From the NCBI GenBank assembly GCA_963678235.1, contig OY782766.1:4489617-4553616 (forward strand): a stretch of DNA of 64,000 nucleotides. Reading direction: 5' to 3'. This document shows positions 27,507 to 38,059 of the stretch, one piece after another (within the stretch, counting starts at the first letter, position 1; every line of letters begins with the position of its first letter). Made by a program: the position numbers and the translations under genes. This DNA is from Prolixibacteraceae bacterium. Its GTDB lineage: Bacteria > Bacteroidota > Bacteroidia > Bacteroidales > Prolixibacteraceae. A model generated the notes under the pieces. It was not told the DNA's origin, made no database searches, and was given only the letters and a program-made list of their open reading frames with translations.

Positions 27507-29957
27507 TTAAAAGAAATACTTCAAACCAATGCTGTAAATTTGGGTTTCGTAATAGTTTTCATACAAAGCTGTGAAACCATCACCATTGATTTCCTGGCGA
27601 ATTCCAAATTTATTGAAGATGTCGCTAATGGAGAAACTTATTTCACCGCGGTCATCCATGATGTTGTCCTTAATGCCAAAATCGATGGATGAACGTGCCA
27701 ATTGTTTTCCTTGCGGGATATTTTTGGGCGCATAATAAATTCCGGAGAGTTGGATTTGCACCCCGTTTCGGAAATCAAATTGGTTGTTCAGTTTCATGTC
27801 CCAACTGTTATCTTTTGATTTTTCCAAATGAAATTCTCTTTGGTAAGGAAATAATATCGTTCCGGTATAGGCATCTAAAGTGTTCACATACCAATTCACA
27901 CTTCCTGAAAATTTCCAGAAACTGTTTAGTTTTTGTTCGAGGAGTAATTCTATTCCCTGGTTGCTGGCATTTCCTGTATTCTGATATATTTTATTTACGA
28001 TGGAGTATTCGCTTGATTCGTCAATGCTATAAATACGCCGGAAAGCATCCTTTATAGACCTGTGGTATGCGGCAATATAAGTTGAGCCACTTTGCCATTT
28101 ATAATTGTATGCCAATTCAAACGACTGGGTATATTGAGGCCGTAAATAAGGGTTCCCAACCTTCAATAGTTCAGGATCGTCGTATTTCGGGAAAATCCTC
28201 AATTCAGGCTCTTCGGGACGGTCAACCCTATGATTATAGAAAAGGGAAATTCCGTTTTTATCGTTTGGTTTGAAAGTTAAACGGGCATTCGGAAAGAATT
28301 CAAAATTATCGTACGAATCACTTTCGCTATAATAGATATTTTCAGGTGCAATTTCATAAAATACCTTTGAATATTCAGCCCTTAAACCTGCTTCAATGGT
28401 AAGCCACGATTTTTCCACCAAATAATTGACATAAGCGGCATAAATATCTTCTCCCCAATCAGACCAGTCTCCCATACCGGGATAAATAATGGAATTGGTT
28501 CCGGGGGTAATGGTATATTCAACAGGAAGCCTTCGCCACCTTAGTTTTATACCTGTTTCAAGTTTTCCGTTTTTAAGTGGTTTGGTATAATCGGATGAGA
28601 GACTTGTGGTATGCTCTTTTGCCAGTATGTGGGTGGCATCTTTTCCAATCCTTGTGGCTGAACTGTCGTTTAGGAAATAACTCTCATCTTCCCAACCTTT
28701 GGTGTATTGTAGGTTGGTGTTCAGTTCATGCCCGGGCTCTGCAAATTTATGCAGGTAGCTTACAGCGTAGTTCATAAAACCTGTTTTCTCTTCCTCATTC
28801 CAGTGGTAATACCTGTAAAAATCGGTTTTACTGGTTGGGTTCAAAGAAGTATCGTACCTGAAATAGGCAACTTGCGCGGTATCCACATGACTTTCCCAAT
28901 CGTAGGCTACCGAGAATGTGAATAAGTTGTTGGGATCAAGTTCCCAATCCAATCCTGCATTTATAACAACATGGGTTTGTTCCCGGTTTTCGGGAACCTG
29001 CGAAATGGTAGTTTTTCCATTGTCGTAATTTCTGGTGGTAAATTCGTTGTTCGGCAGCTTTTCGAGGAGCATTAATTCGGAGCGAAGGAAGAAATTTAGG
29101 TTTGACTTTTTTAGGTTTAGGTTTACTGATGGTGCATATTTGGGATTCATTGAGAAGCTTCCCAAACGTGTTGGCAAGTCGGCTTTTACCTTCGAAAACG
29201 CTCCCATTCCCTGGGAAACACCGATATCGCCATTTAGTCCAATTTTAGTTTGTTTTTTATAGATAAGGTTAATAATGCCAGCCATCCCGGAGGCATCGTA
29301 TTTTGCTGATGGATTATGAATGATCTCAATGCTTTCAATATTTGCTGCTGAAATATTGTCCAGGCTTTTTTGATTTCCAAAACCCGTAAGGCTCGATTGT
29401 TTGCCATCAATCAAAACGGCAACTTTATCGCTTCCGCGTAAAAATATTTTTCCTTCCTGGCTAAAGGTAATCCCGGGGAGTGTTTTTAAAGCATCTAAAG
29501 CTGAACGGCCTGAGCGTGCAACATTATCTTTCATGTCAAAAACCTTTTTATCCATTTCCGATGAAACCAAAGATTTTTGGGCTTTCACAGTCACTTCGTT
29601 TAATTCGGTAGCGCTGGATGCAAGACTTATCTTTCCAAGGTTAAAATTGGTATTAAGTTCGCCAATAAGAATAGGTATCCGGGTTGGTAAATACCCGATG
29701 AATGAAATTTTAACCGTATAATCACCCTTAAAATTTCCTGACAATATAAACCTTCCATCGTCGCCCGATATGGTTCCGCTAATAAACAAGCTATCCTGAT
29801 AGAGGGCTACGGTAGCAAACGGAAGCTCTTCTGAAGTTTCTGCATCGTAAATCCTTCCGGATATGCTCACATTGACCTGAGCGCTTATGCCAGCAAATAC
29901 AAAAAGAAATAAACCGAGTAAGTAAAATTTGATCATGTCCTCTGTACTTACAAACAA
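27507..29957 (-). CDS. TonB-dependent outer-membrane receptor with an N-terminal CarboxypepD_reg domain
   Basis: Signal peptide; a CarboxypepD_reg motif (ISGRIYDAETSEELPFATVAL); a plug domain; and a long beta-barrel that ends in an aromatic residue. Confidence 0.8.
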   Translation of the reverse strand: MFVSTEDMIKFYLLGLFLFVFAGISAQVNVSISGRIYDAETSEELPFATVALYQDSLFISGTISGDDGRFILSGNFKGDYTVKISFIGYLPTRIPILIGELNTNFNLGKISLASSATELNEVTVKAQKSLVSSEMDKKVFDMKDNVARSGRSALDALKTLPGITFSQEGKIFLRGSDKVAVLIDGKQSSLTGFGNQKSLDNISAANIESIEIIHNPSAKYDASGMAGIINLIYKKQTKIGLNGDIGVSQGMGAFSKVKADLPTRLGSFSMNPKYAPSVNLNLKKSNLNFFLRSELMLLEKLPNNEFTTRNYDNGKTTISQVPENREQTHVVINAGLDWELDPNNLFTFSVAYDWESHVDTAQVAYFRYDTSLNPTSKTDFYRYYHWNEEEKTGFMNYAVSYLHKFAEPGHELNTNLQYTKGWEDESYFLNDSSATRIGKDATHILAKEHTTSLSSDYTKPLKNGKLETGIKLRWRRLPVEYTITPGTNSIIYPGMGDWSDWGEDIYAAYVNYLVEKSWLTIEAGLRAEYSKVFYEIAPENIYYSESDSYDNFEFFPNARLTFKPNDKNGISLFYNHRVDRPEEPELRIFPKYDDPELLKVGNPYLRPQYTQSFELAYNYKWQSGSTYIAAYHRSIKDAFRRIYSIDESSEYSIVNKIYQNTGNASNQGIELLLEQKLNSFWKFSGSVNWYVNTLDAYTGTILFPYQREFHLEKSKDNSWDMKLNNQFDFRNGVQIQLSGIYYAPKNIPQGKQLARSSIDFGIKDNIMDDRGEISFSISDIFNKFGIRQEINGDGFTALYENYYETQIYSIGLKYFF

Positions 29958-30040
29958 ATATAAACTAAAAGTTTTGCGAAAAGTACAAATTAAAGCATAT
30001 TTTATAGTTCATAATCCCAATATAAGGGAATAAAATAAGC

Positions 30041-30056
30041 CTGAAATTAATTTCAG
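30041..30056. promoter_or_regulatory. Perfect 16-bp palindrome CTGAAATTAATTTCAG upstream of the TonB-dependent receptor gene
   Basis: Exactly self-complementary, in the 230-bp intergenic region. Confidence 0.35.
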
Positions 30057-30187
30057 TATTTATTTTAATTGCGTAATCTGAATGCGATAACAACTGCACG
30101 TTAATGCTCCAGATGTTTAATTCCAACATTTTGCATCTTAGTATGAATACATATAATAAAGAAAGGGAAGGGGGGTAAAAGTTTGAT

Positions 30188-31186
30188 TTAAATTTCGAGT
30201 TTAAGCCCTTCTAATTTTTGGTTGATGCTTGTGATTTCCTCCCGGCTTAATTCAAAATTTAGTGCAACGGCATTTTCCTCGATTTGTTTCGAGGTTCTTG
30301 ATCCTGCCAAGACACAGGTAATTGCCGGCTGTTGAATTGTCCATCGTAAAACCAATTGGGCAAGTGTCACTTTATGTTTATCGGCAATGGGTTGAATAGA
30401 ATCAAGAAGAGCATTGATTCGAGAGAGGTTAGGTTCTTTAAAAAACGGGGTGCTAGGACGGTGATCACCATCACCAAATTTGTAACCAGCCTTTATTTTT
30501 CCTGTAAGTACACCTCTTTGAAGCGGGCTATAGGCAATAATACCAACATTGTTTTCTAAACTCCATGGAACCAGTTCTTTTTCAATATCTCGTGCTACCA
30601 TGCTATATGGAACCTGATTTATTGAAAGGCGTGAATATTTTAAAGCCTCTGTCATTTGTTCAACTGAATAATTACACACTCCACCAGCCAGTATTTTTCC
30701 TTGCTTTTTTAAAATTTCAATTGCTTCCATGGTTTCCTCAATAGGAATTGTTGGGTCTGGCCAGTGTTGCTGAAAAAGTTCTATATAATCTGTATCTAAT
30801 CGTGTTAGACATTCTTCACATTCTTTAATTACTCGTTCTTTTCTTCCATCAATATATAAGTCGACTTTGGTACCGTCGTTCATTTGTGTTCCTGCAGCTT
30901 TGAGAATCCCATATTTTTCGTGCCAATTCATGCCAAATTTAGTGAGTATTTGAACTTTGTCGCGTTTCCCTTTAATGGCTCTGCCAACCAGTTCTTCACT
31001 CAATCCAAAACCATATGCAGGTGCTGTGTCGATGGTAGTAATACCCAAATCAATTGATTTTTCGAGTGCAGCAATTGCTTCTTTTTCATCGGTGCCACCC
31101 CACAACCAACCTCCAATTGCCCATGCTCCAAAAGCTATTGGTGTAATTTCAATGTCTGTTCCTGGTAATGTATTTTTCTTATTCAT
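30188..31186 (-). CDS. Aldo/keto reductase
   Basis: N-terminal IAFGAWAIGG...IDTAPAYG motif and the catalytic tetrad region. Confidence 0.85.
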   Translation of the reverse strand: MNKKNTLPGTDIEITPIAFGAWAIGGWLWGGTDEKEAIAALEKSIDLGITTIDTAPAYGFGLSEELVGRAIKGKRDKVQILTKFGMNWHEKYGILKAAGTQMNDGTKVDLYIDGRKERVIKECEECLTRLDTDYIELFQQHWPDPTIPIEETMEAIEILKKQGKILAGGVCNYSVEQMTEALKYSRLSINQVPYSMVARDIEKELVPWSLENNVGIIAYSPLQRGVLTGKIKAGYKFGDGDHRPSTPFFKEPNLSRINALLDSIQPIADKHKVTLAQLVLRWTIQQPAITCVLAGSRTSKQIEENAVALNFELSREEITSINQKLEGLKLEI

Positions 31187-31280
31187 GTCTTAAGATATTT
31201 TGAATCAAAAATAACAAAAAAGGAGGATTCAGCGTTTTATTGATGCTTAAATCCTCCTTAAGTTTATTCCTAAAAGTCCC

Positions 31281-32720
31281 TTATTCCGGGATAATTACTT
31301 CTGGTTCATCCGGTTCATTGGGTTTTTGTTCTTCCTTAAAATCTTCCGGTTTTTCTTCTTTTTCAGCTTTCCCTTTCAGATAATCCGGCAACTCCATTCC
31401 AGCTGATTTAAATATATCGTCAAGTGGAGGAATTGACCCCAGCATTCCCTGCATAAAATTGGCTGTCGAGGTTTTTCCATCTTTGCCGTTTCCGGTTTCC
31501 CAAACGGTAACCTTATCAATTTTAATATTTTTTATTGCTTCTACCTGGGTAGCCACTAATTCAGGTAATTTGTCGGCAATCATCATAAGCACAGCTTTTT
31601 GTGCATCGTTGCCGGCAGCTTTCACCAATTGGTCGAAACCTTGTGCCTGCCTGCTTAATATTTCATAAATACCTTTTGCTTCGGCTTCCATTTTCAGGAA
31701 GATAGCGTCGGCCTGACCTCTGGCTTCGCGCCTGATTTGTTCAGCCACAGCTTCGGCATTAATTTCGATCCGTTCTTTATCAATTTTTGCAGGAACAATA
31801 ATGTTTGCTTCTTGCGTGGCTTTATCCCTTTCTGCCCTAACCTGCTCGGCAAGTTTTTCAGCCGCATAGGCTTCTTCCAGCGCGCGTGCATCGGTAACCT
31901 TTTCGGCTGCAACCGCTTTTCGGTTGGCTTCGGCTTCTTTTTCACGCCTGTCGGCATCTGAATTGGCAATTGTGATTTTTGCAAGGTTTTCACCTTCAAC
32001 AGCTTCGGAGTCTGCTTTGGCAACCTGTACCCTTTGTTCCTGGTGCGCCAGAGCCTGGCCAATTTCCCCGTCACGCATTTTCTCGGCAACGCTTTTTTTG
32101 GCGTCGTTGATTGCTTTTGCGGCTGCTTCTTTTCCAAGGGCTTCAATGTAACCAGATTCATCGTTGATATCGGTCACGTTTACGTTGATCAGTTTTAAAC
32201 CGATCTTTTTAAGTTCAGCTTCCACATTGCTTGATACGGCAGCAAGGAAAAGGTCGCGGTTGCTGTTAATTTCTTCAATCTCCATGGTAGCAACCACCAA
32301 ACGAAGTTGTCCGAAAATGATATCTTTTGCAAGGTTGCTTATGGCATCCTGTGGCAATCCCAAAAGCCTTTCTGCCGCATTGTTCATGATATTCGGTTCG
32401 GTGGAAATACCAACCGTAAACCTGGAAGGGACATCAACCCGAATGTTTTGTTTACTAAGCGCATTGGTAAGGTTTATTTCGATGGAAAGAGGCGTTAAAT
32501 CCAGAAATGCATAAGAGTGGATAATTGGCCATATAAAAGCGGCCCCACCGTGGATACATTTTGCCGAGCGGGTTTCGCGGTCAGCTCCTTTTCCAACTTT
32601 ACCATATACAACTAAAATACGATCTGAGGGGCAACGCTTATAGCGCCTCATCATTGCAACAATAATAATGAAAAGGAATAATGCTGCAATGCTAATAAGT
32701 ACTACAAAATAATCATTCAT
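31281..32720 (-). CDS. Flotillin-like SPFH/band-7 protein (YqiK-like)
   Basis: N-terminal TM, an SPFH domain, a long Ala/Glu-rich coiled coil, and an acidic tail. Confidence 0.8.
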   Translation of the reverse strand: MNDYFVVLISIAALFLFIIIVAMMRRYKRCPSDRILVVYGKVGKGADRETRSAKCIHGGAAFIWPIIHSYAFLDLTPLSIEINLTNALSKQNIRVDVPSRFTVGISTEPNIMNNAAERLLGLPQDAISNLAKDIIFGQLRLVVATMEIEEINSNRDLFLAAVSSNVEAELKKIGLKLINVNVTDINDESGYIEALGKEAAAKAINDAKKSVAEKMRDGEIGQALAHQEQRVQVAKADSEAVEGENLAKITIANSDADRREKEAEANRKAVAAEKVTDARALEEAYAAEKLAEQVRAERDKATQEANIIVPAKIDKERIEINAEAVAEQIRREARGQADAIFLKMEAEAKGIYEILSRQAQGFDQLVKAAGNDAQKAVLMMIADKLPELVATQVEAIKNIKIDKVTVWETGNGKDGKTSTANFMQGMLGSIPPLDDIFKSAGMELPDYLKGKAEKEEKPEDFKEEQKPNEPDEPEVIIPE

Positions 32721-32747
32721 GTTTTTTAAGTTTTAATTTAAGGGTTT

Positions 32748-33344
32748 CTAATTACCTTCTTTGCTCACTAATAAAATATGATCGTCAATCACATCTTTTA
32801 CATTTATTATAGATGAGGTTGGGATTGTTTCTTCATCATCGGTTATTGCGTCAAGGGTTCGCATGGATCCCTGAACATTCAATTGTACTTTACCCATTCC
32901 TCCTCTTTTTGCCGGAATAACCAAATATACTTCACCAAGTTTACCAATGGCATTTTTCATTTTTAATGTTCCACTTTCGGCTAATTTCGACATGAAATAG
33001 AAAAGTGTTGCCATCATAACCATCATTACAATGCCGCAAAGTGTTGCGAGAACAATTACCAACCATGATGCCATTCCGGTTTGGATAAAACCAATGCCTG
33101 ACCATCCAAAAACTGTAAAAAAAGCCACAATATTCTTTAAAGAAAGGAATTGAAACGGGATGGAATCCCCATCAGCAATATCCCCGTCAACATCGGTATC
33201 CACATCAGTGTCGGCATCTCCTCCAAAAACTGTAAGAATCAGAAGAAGTAAAAAGATTACAGTAGCCGGGATTGCAATAATCCAGAAAATTTGCTCAAAC
33301 ATACTTGTTTCAGACCAATTGGGGAAAATCGAAGTAATTATCAT
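32748..33344 (-). CDS. NfeD/YqiJ-like membrane protein, partner of flotillin
   Basis: TM segments, a run of acidic DxD repeats (GGDADTDVDTDVDGDIADGD), and a C-terminal OB-fold-like region. It lies immediately upstream of the flotillin gene. Confidence 0.6.
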   Translation of the reverse strand: MIITSIFPNWSETSMFEQIFWIIAIPATVIFLLLLILTVFGGDADTDVDTDVDGDIADGDSIPFQFLSLKNIVAFFTVFGWSGIGFIQTGMASWLVIVLATLCGIVMMVMMATLFYFMSKLAESGTLKMKNAIGKLGEVYLVIPAKRGGMGKVQLNVQGSMRTLDAITDDEETIPTSSIINVKDVIDDHILLVSKEGN

Positions 33345-33485
33345 CTTGGATAAATTATGAAAGTTAAAGCACTAATTTAAATGAATTCGTAATGCTATCC
33401 AAGAAAGAATTACAAGAAGCGAAACTAAAATATCACAAATAAGCTTTATAACATAATTCGCTTTTGTACGTAGGGAATTTGGTAC

Positions 33486-34331
33486 TTAAATAAGTACAAG
33501 AATGGCTGGTAAAAAGAAAACTACATCGGTTAAAATGCCTGTTATTGAACCGGATTTTTCCGTATTGGCGGTTTGTGTGAGAACAAAAAGCGAAAAATTT
33601 ATAGTCAGCAAGATAAATGGAATAATCCAAACTGAATTGAAAATAAAAATTATGAAGCTAAAAATACCAGCTGTGCTTAATAAGAGGAATACAAGTTTTT
33701 TCGTTTTTCGTTTGCCAAAATAGGTAGCAAATGAATGGAATTGATTTGCCTTATCTTTTTCAATTTCAATAAGTGAGAACAGAAGCACATTGACCAGCAC
33801 CAATAAAAAATAATTAACTGATATCAGAATTTGCAGATTAGTGATTACGTCCTTTAGAAATAAAAAGCCACCGAAAATGCCCCAGGTGTACAAGGCTGCA
33901 ATAATAAATTCTTTTGGGAAATAGCGTTTTTGTTTTCGTAAAATGTAATTCAAAAGAAGATAAAAGAATACCAGTACCAATGTTGAAAATCCAAAAAGAT
34001 GGTATTCTTTTTCAAGATATTTTACCACCAAATAAAGATTCAAAGTAGAGATGATTAGGATTAAGAAAATAAAAGTGCCTCTGTATTTGTGATGAAGTGT
34101 TTCTGGGCTTTTAACAGGATTCTCACTCATCTGTTTTCCATCAAGGATATGATCAAGCGTGTAAATTACCCAGACTGCTGATGCTAAGGTTATGTAAAAG
34201 TAAATAGAAGCGGATAAATCGAAAACCCTGGAAGCAAAAAAGGCACCACAAAGGGCGCCAAAAACAATATCAAAACTTAGAAGCCGAATAGATAAATATA
34301 GATAACCTATTTTTTTAAGAATGCGGGCCAT
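33486..34331 (-). CDS. Polytopic membrane protein of unknown function (possible UbiA-like fold)
   Basis: 281 aa with about 8 TM segments and a weak DxxxD (TLDHILDG). Confidence 0.35.
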   Translation of the reverse strand: MARILKKIGYLYLSIRLLSFDIVFGALCGAFFASRVFDLSASIYFYITLASAVWVIYTLDHILDGKQMSENPVKSPETLHHKYRGTFIFLILIISTLNLYLVVKYLEKEYHLFGFSTLVLVFFYLLLNYILRKQKRYFPKEFIIAALYTWGIFGGFLFLKDVITNLQILISVNYFLLVLVNVLLFSLIEIEKDKANQFHSFATYFGKRKTKKLVFLLLSTAGIFSFIIFIFNSVWIIPFILLTINFSLFVLTQTANTEKSGSITGILTDVVFFLPAILVLI

Positions 34332-34385
34332 AATCCAGAATTATGAGGTTTTCTTTTCATTAGTATTTTCAACTTAGCATGAAAA

Positions 34386-34946
34386 TTAATTTGGCTGAAG
34401 CTCATTTTTAACATAGAGAATTACTTTCCAACGATCTTCGGGCCTTAATATTTGCCCTTGCGATCCCATGATCCCAAATCCTAAAGTTATCTGGTGGTAC
34501 ATTTCGCCCTGAGGTTTTGCCTGCATTTTTTCGTTGATTAACGATGCCGGGGGATATGGATACCGCTTGCTTGTGTACAAATGGCCCTGGCCGTCGCCGA
34601 GCACTCCGTGGCATTGTTTGCAGTTCCGTTCGAAAACAATCTTGCCTCTTACCATATTTTCATCTGTTGGCTCAAAAGGGTTTGTAAGTTCTTTCCCTGC
34701 CAAAATCATATCTTTTTCGGTTTTTTCATATGGAAATGTTACATATCCTCTTGGAATAGTTCCATCGGCAGGTTTACGAAGTGTCATGTTGTCGGCAAAA
34801 TTCGGATTTTCGGTATAGGTTTCAAAAGCCCTGGAGTAAGTCATATCGGGAAAATATACATACCCCGGATCAGTTTTTTTCCTGTTGCACGAAATCAGGC
34901 TTGCAGCTATCAAAACTATTACTCCAATATATTTTATTCTGTTCAT
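34386..34946 (-). CDS. actE: Alternative complex III subunit ActE (monoheme cytochrome c lipoprotein)
   Basis: Lipobox LISC, one CxxCH (CKQCHGVLGDG), and the last position in the act operon. Confidence 0.6.
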   Translation of the reverse strand: MNRIKYIGVIVLIAASLISCNRKKTDPGYVYFPDMTYSRAFETYTENPNFADNMTLRKPADGTIPRGYVTFPYEKTEKDMILAGKELTNPFEPTDENMVRGKIVFERNCKQCHGVLGDGQGHLYTSKRYPYPPASLINEKMQAKPQGEMYHQITLGFGIMGSQGQILRPEDRWKVILYVKNELQPN

Positions 34947-34956
34947 TTGTATTCAA

Positions 34957-36135
34957 TTAATAGTTTGTGTGATATTCAAGGCTTTCTTTAAAATAGGGAT
35001 GGTTTTTGGGAACAAGTGATGCTTTTGTTAAACCATGGAAAACAACAAATAAGAATAATCCCAGGTATCCAATCGTCAGCCCAATTTCATAAAAGCCAAT
35101 GCTTGTGTGGTCACTTGCAATTCCTGGCATTATAGCCAGGAAATAATCGACCCAGTGGCCACAAAAAATAATTGCGGCAGCCAATCCGGCTATTAAATTT
35201 GTTCGTTTGGCATTTCGTGCCATCAAAATTAAAAATGGCAGCACGAAATTCATAATCAAATTGGCATAAAACAGGTTGCCGTGGTTTTTAAGCCTCTCCA
35301 CAAAATAAATGGTTTCTTCGGGAATGTTGCTGTACCACATGAGCAGGTATTGCGAAAACCACAAATACATCCATAAAATAGAAAATGCAAATAAATATTT
35401 GCCAAGGTCGTGCATATGTTCTTTGTTCACATGTTGCATATATCCTTGATTTTTAAGGAATATCAATAATAAAATAATTACTGCAATGGTGCTCACCAGC
35501 AAGCCTGAAAAGATGTACCATCCGTAAAGTGTACTGAACCAATGGGCATCAATCGACATGAGCCAATCCCATGCTGAAGTGGAACTCGAAATGGCAAAGA
35601 ATACCACAAACAGGGAACCCAATATCCGTTGTTTCTTGAAATATTTAATATCATCGTTTGTGTCCATGGTGATGGATGCTTTCCTTAAAGAATAGGATAA
35701 AAGAGTCCATACCCCAAAATATACCGCAAAGCGAATGTAAAAGAACGGAAGATTTAAATAGCCTGATTTTCCCTGAAGGATGTGGTCATCTCCCGGATGT
35801 GTCCAATGGTATAAATGATGTATCCCGAAAAGAAAAGTGAACAACATTAAAATTCCGGCAATTGGTATAAAACGGCTCATCGATTCGGGCACGCGCTGAA
35901 CACTTGTGTGCCATCCGGATTCCCCCATTAGGTGAACAGAAACAAAAAATGCCCCGCCAAGCGATAAGGCAAGGAAATAATAATTGTTCAGTAACAGGTT
36001 TGCCCAAAAACGGGATTCATCGATCCCATGGCTTAAAGCACCAACCACCAGTGCAAGTACCCCAATGGCAATCATCCCGAGCAAAACAATTTTAACTTTC
36101 TGTGTAAAAACAAACTTGTTTTCCATAATATCCAA
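34957..36135 (-). CDS. actF: Alternative complex III membrane subunit ActF-like protein (NrfD-related)
   Basis: 392-aa polytopic membrane protein between actD and actE. Confidence 0.55.
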   Translation of the reverse strand: MDIMENKFVFTQKVKIVLLGMIAIGVLALVVGALSHGIDESRFWANLLLNNYYFLALSLGGAFFVSVHLMGESGWHTSVQRVPESMSRFIPIAGILMLFTFLFGIHHLYHWTHPGDDHILQGKSGYLNLPFFYIRFAVYFGVWTLLSYSLRKASITMDTNDDIKYFKKQRILGSLFVVFFAISSSTSAWDWLMSIDAHWFSTLYGWYIFSGLLVSTIAVIILLLIFLKNQGYMQHVNKEHMHDLGKYLFAFSILWMYLWFSQYLLMWYSNIPEETIYFVERLKNHGNLFYANLIMNFVLPFLILMARNAKRTNLIAGLAAAIIFCGHWVDYFLAIMPGIASDHTSIGFYEIGLTIGYLGLFLFVVFHGLTKASLVPKNHPYFKESLEYHTNY

Positions 36136-36144
36136 ACTGTCTTT

Positions 36145-36657
36145 TTATTCTTTTACTTCAATAATGGTAGCTCCGGCAGCTTCCATTTGTGCTTTCACCT
36201 GCGCACTGTTATTGTCATACCCGGCAACCACTACAAAATGATCATCGGTGATTTTCAAGTCGTAAATTTTATTTTCGGCGCCCAATCCCAACTTCGATCT
36301 GAAAAGGAAAGCAAAGACCATAAAAAATGCGGCAAATAAAACCGTACACTCAAATGTAACCGGAATGAAGGAGGGGATCGCAAAGATTGGTTTACCGCCA
36401 ATGGTCATCTGGTATCCTTCGGCAAAAACCCATTTCTGAAAGAAAAATCCGGTCAGTGCACCAATAGTCCCACCAATAAATCCCACACGTGGCAACCATG
36501 AGCGTCGGATGCCCAAAGCTTTGTCAAGTCCGTGAACAGGGAAAGGAGTAAATGCATCCAGCACATTCACATTGTTTTCTTTAAGCTTTTTAATTCCTGA
36601 AAGAAGATCTTCCTCATCTTCATAGAAAGCCGAAATGTATTTGCTTATTTTTTTCAT
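36145..36657 (-). CDS. actD: Alternative complex III subunit ActD (DUF3341-type)
   Basis: 170 aa with 2 TM segments, and a 4-nt ATGA overlap with actC. Confidence 0.55.
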   Translation of the reverse strand: MKKISKYISAFYEDEEDLLSGIKKLKENNVNVLDAFTPFPVHGLDKALGIRRSWLPRVGFIGGTIGALTGFFFQKWVFAEGYQMTIGGKPIFAIPSFIPVTFECTVLFAAFFMVFAFLFRSKLGLGAENKIYDLKITDDHFVVVAGYDNNSAQVKAQMEAAGATIIEVKE

Positions 36658-38015
36658 TTTTCTATCTTTTTTTCTCCTGAACTTTTAAGTACACTTTTAA
36701 TTTCCGAAATGGCTATCACTGGAAAAACCCTAATAAATAAGAGGAACAAAGTAAAGAACAGCCCCAGGGTAAATACATAAAGCCCCACTTCCACAATACT
36801 TGCTTTGTACATGCTCCAGCTTGATGGAAGGTAATCGCGGTGCAAAGAGGTTACAACAATCACAAAACGTTCGAACCACATACCTATATTCACGAAAATG
36901 GAGATTATAAAAGTTGCAACCAGGTTTCGGCGTATTTTCTTAAACCAGAACAATTGAGGGGTAATCACATTACAGGTCATCATAATAGCATAAGCCCACC
37001 AATAAGGTCCGGTTGCCCGGTTCAGGAAGGCATATTGTTCGTATTCAACTCCCGAATACCATGCGATAAACAGCTCCGTCAAATAAGCAATTCCAACAAT
37101 CGATCCGGTTGCAATAATAATTTTGTTCATCGATTCAACATGCCCTACGGTAATATAATCTTCGAGGTTCATTGCTTTTCGTGCAATTATAAGCAGGGTT
37201 AAAACCATTGCAAACCCTGAAAAAATTGCCCCTGAAACAAAATAGGGAGGGAATATGGTTGTATGCCAGCCCGGAATCACCGAAGTTGCAAAGTCCATAC
37301 TTACAATACTGTGTACCGAAAGTACCAATGGGGCAGCCAATCCGGCTAAAATTAAACTGAGCGACTCATGCCTTGCCCAATGCCTTGCTGAGCCTACCCA
37401 ACCCATGGCAAGTAAGGAATATATTTTTTTCTTGATTTTTTTGGTAGCCCTGTCCCTGATTGTACCAATATCAGGTATTAATCCAACATACCAGAATAAA
37501 AGTGATACCAGGAAATAAGTTGATATTGCAAACACGTCCCAAAGCAGTGGGGAGTTAAAGTTCACCCAGACACCACGGGTGTTCGGATAAGGAAAAATAA
37601 AAAAACCAAGTAAAAGCCGTCCCATGTGAATTAGCGGGAAAAATCCGGCACACATAACAGCCATAAGGGTCATTGCCTCGGCTGACCGGTTAATACTTGT
37701 TCTCCATTTTTGACGGAAAAGCAAAAGGATTGCGGAAATAAAAGTCCCGGCATGACCAATCCCAACCCACCAAACGAAGTTGGTAATTCCCCAACCCCAA
37801 CCAATGGTTTTGTTAAGTCCCCAGGTTCCTATCCCAAACCAAACTGTCATGAAAATAGCGATTGAACCAATTAGCACGGCCGATGAAGAAATCCCAATTC
37901 CCAGGTACCAGTATTTACCTGGTTTCCCAGCCATTGGGGCTGTGATCTCCTCCGTGATTTTGGAATAATTTTTAATTCCCTTAATTAGTGGTTCACGTTG
38001 TGGTGAAACGTACAT
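36654..38015 (-). CDS. actC: Alternative complex III subunit ActC (NrfD/PsrC-family quinol-binding membrane subunit)
   Basis: 453 aa with about 10 TM segments. Confidence 0.8.
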   Translation of the reverse strand: MYVSPQREPLIKGIKNYSKITEEITAPMAGKPGKYWYLGIGISSSAVLIGSIAIFMTVWFGIGTWGLNKTIGWGWGITNFVWWVGIGHAGTFISAILLLFRQKWRTSINRSAEAMTLMAVMCAGFFPLIHMGRLLLGFFIFPYPNTRGVWVNFNSPLLWDVFAISTYFLVSLLFWYVGLIPDIGTIRDRATKKIKKKIYSLLAMGWVGSARHWARHESLSLILAGLAAPLVLSVHSIVSMDFATSVIPGWHTTIFPPYFVSGAIFSGFAMVLTLLIIARKAMNLEDYITVGHVESMNKIIIATGSIVGIAYLTELFIAWYSGVEYEQYAFLNRATGPYWWAYAIMMTCNVITPQLFWFKKIRRNLVATFIISIFVNIGMWFERFVIVVTSLHRDYLPSSWSMYKASIVEVGLYVFTLGLFFTLFLLFIRVFPVIAISEIKSVLKSSGEKKIEK

Positions 38016-38059
38016 TCTATGTTTGTTTTAGTTGTTCTTACTCGTTTATTTGATGCAAT

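Noticed and set aside
31694-32161. 155-aa Lys/Arg/Pro-rich minus-strand ORF inside the flotillin gene
   Set aside because: It is an alternative frame of the Ala/Glu-rich coiled-coil region of flotillin. The composition is an artefact of the repetitive GC-skewed coding sequence.
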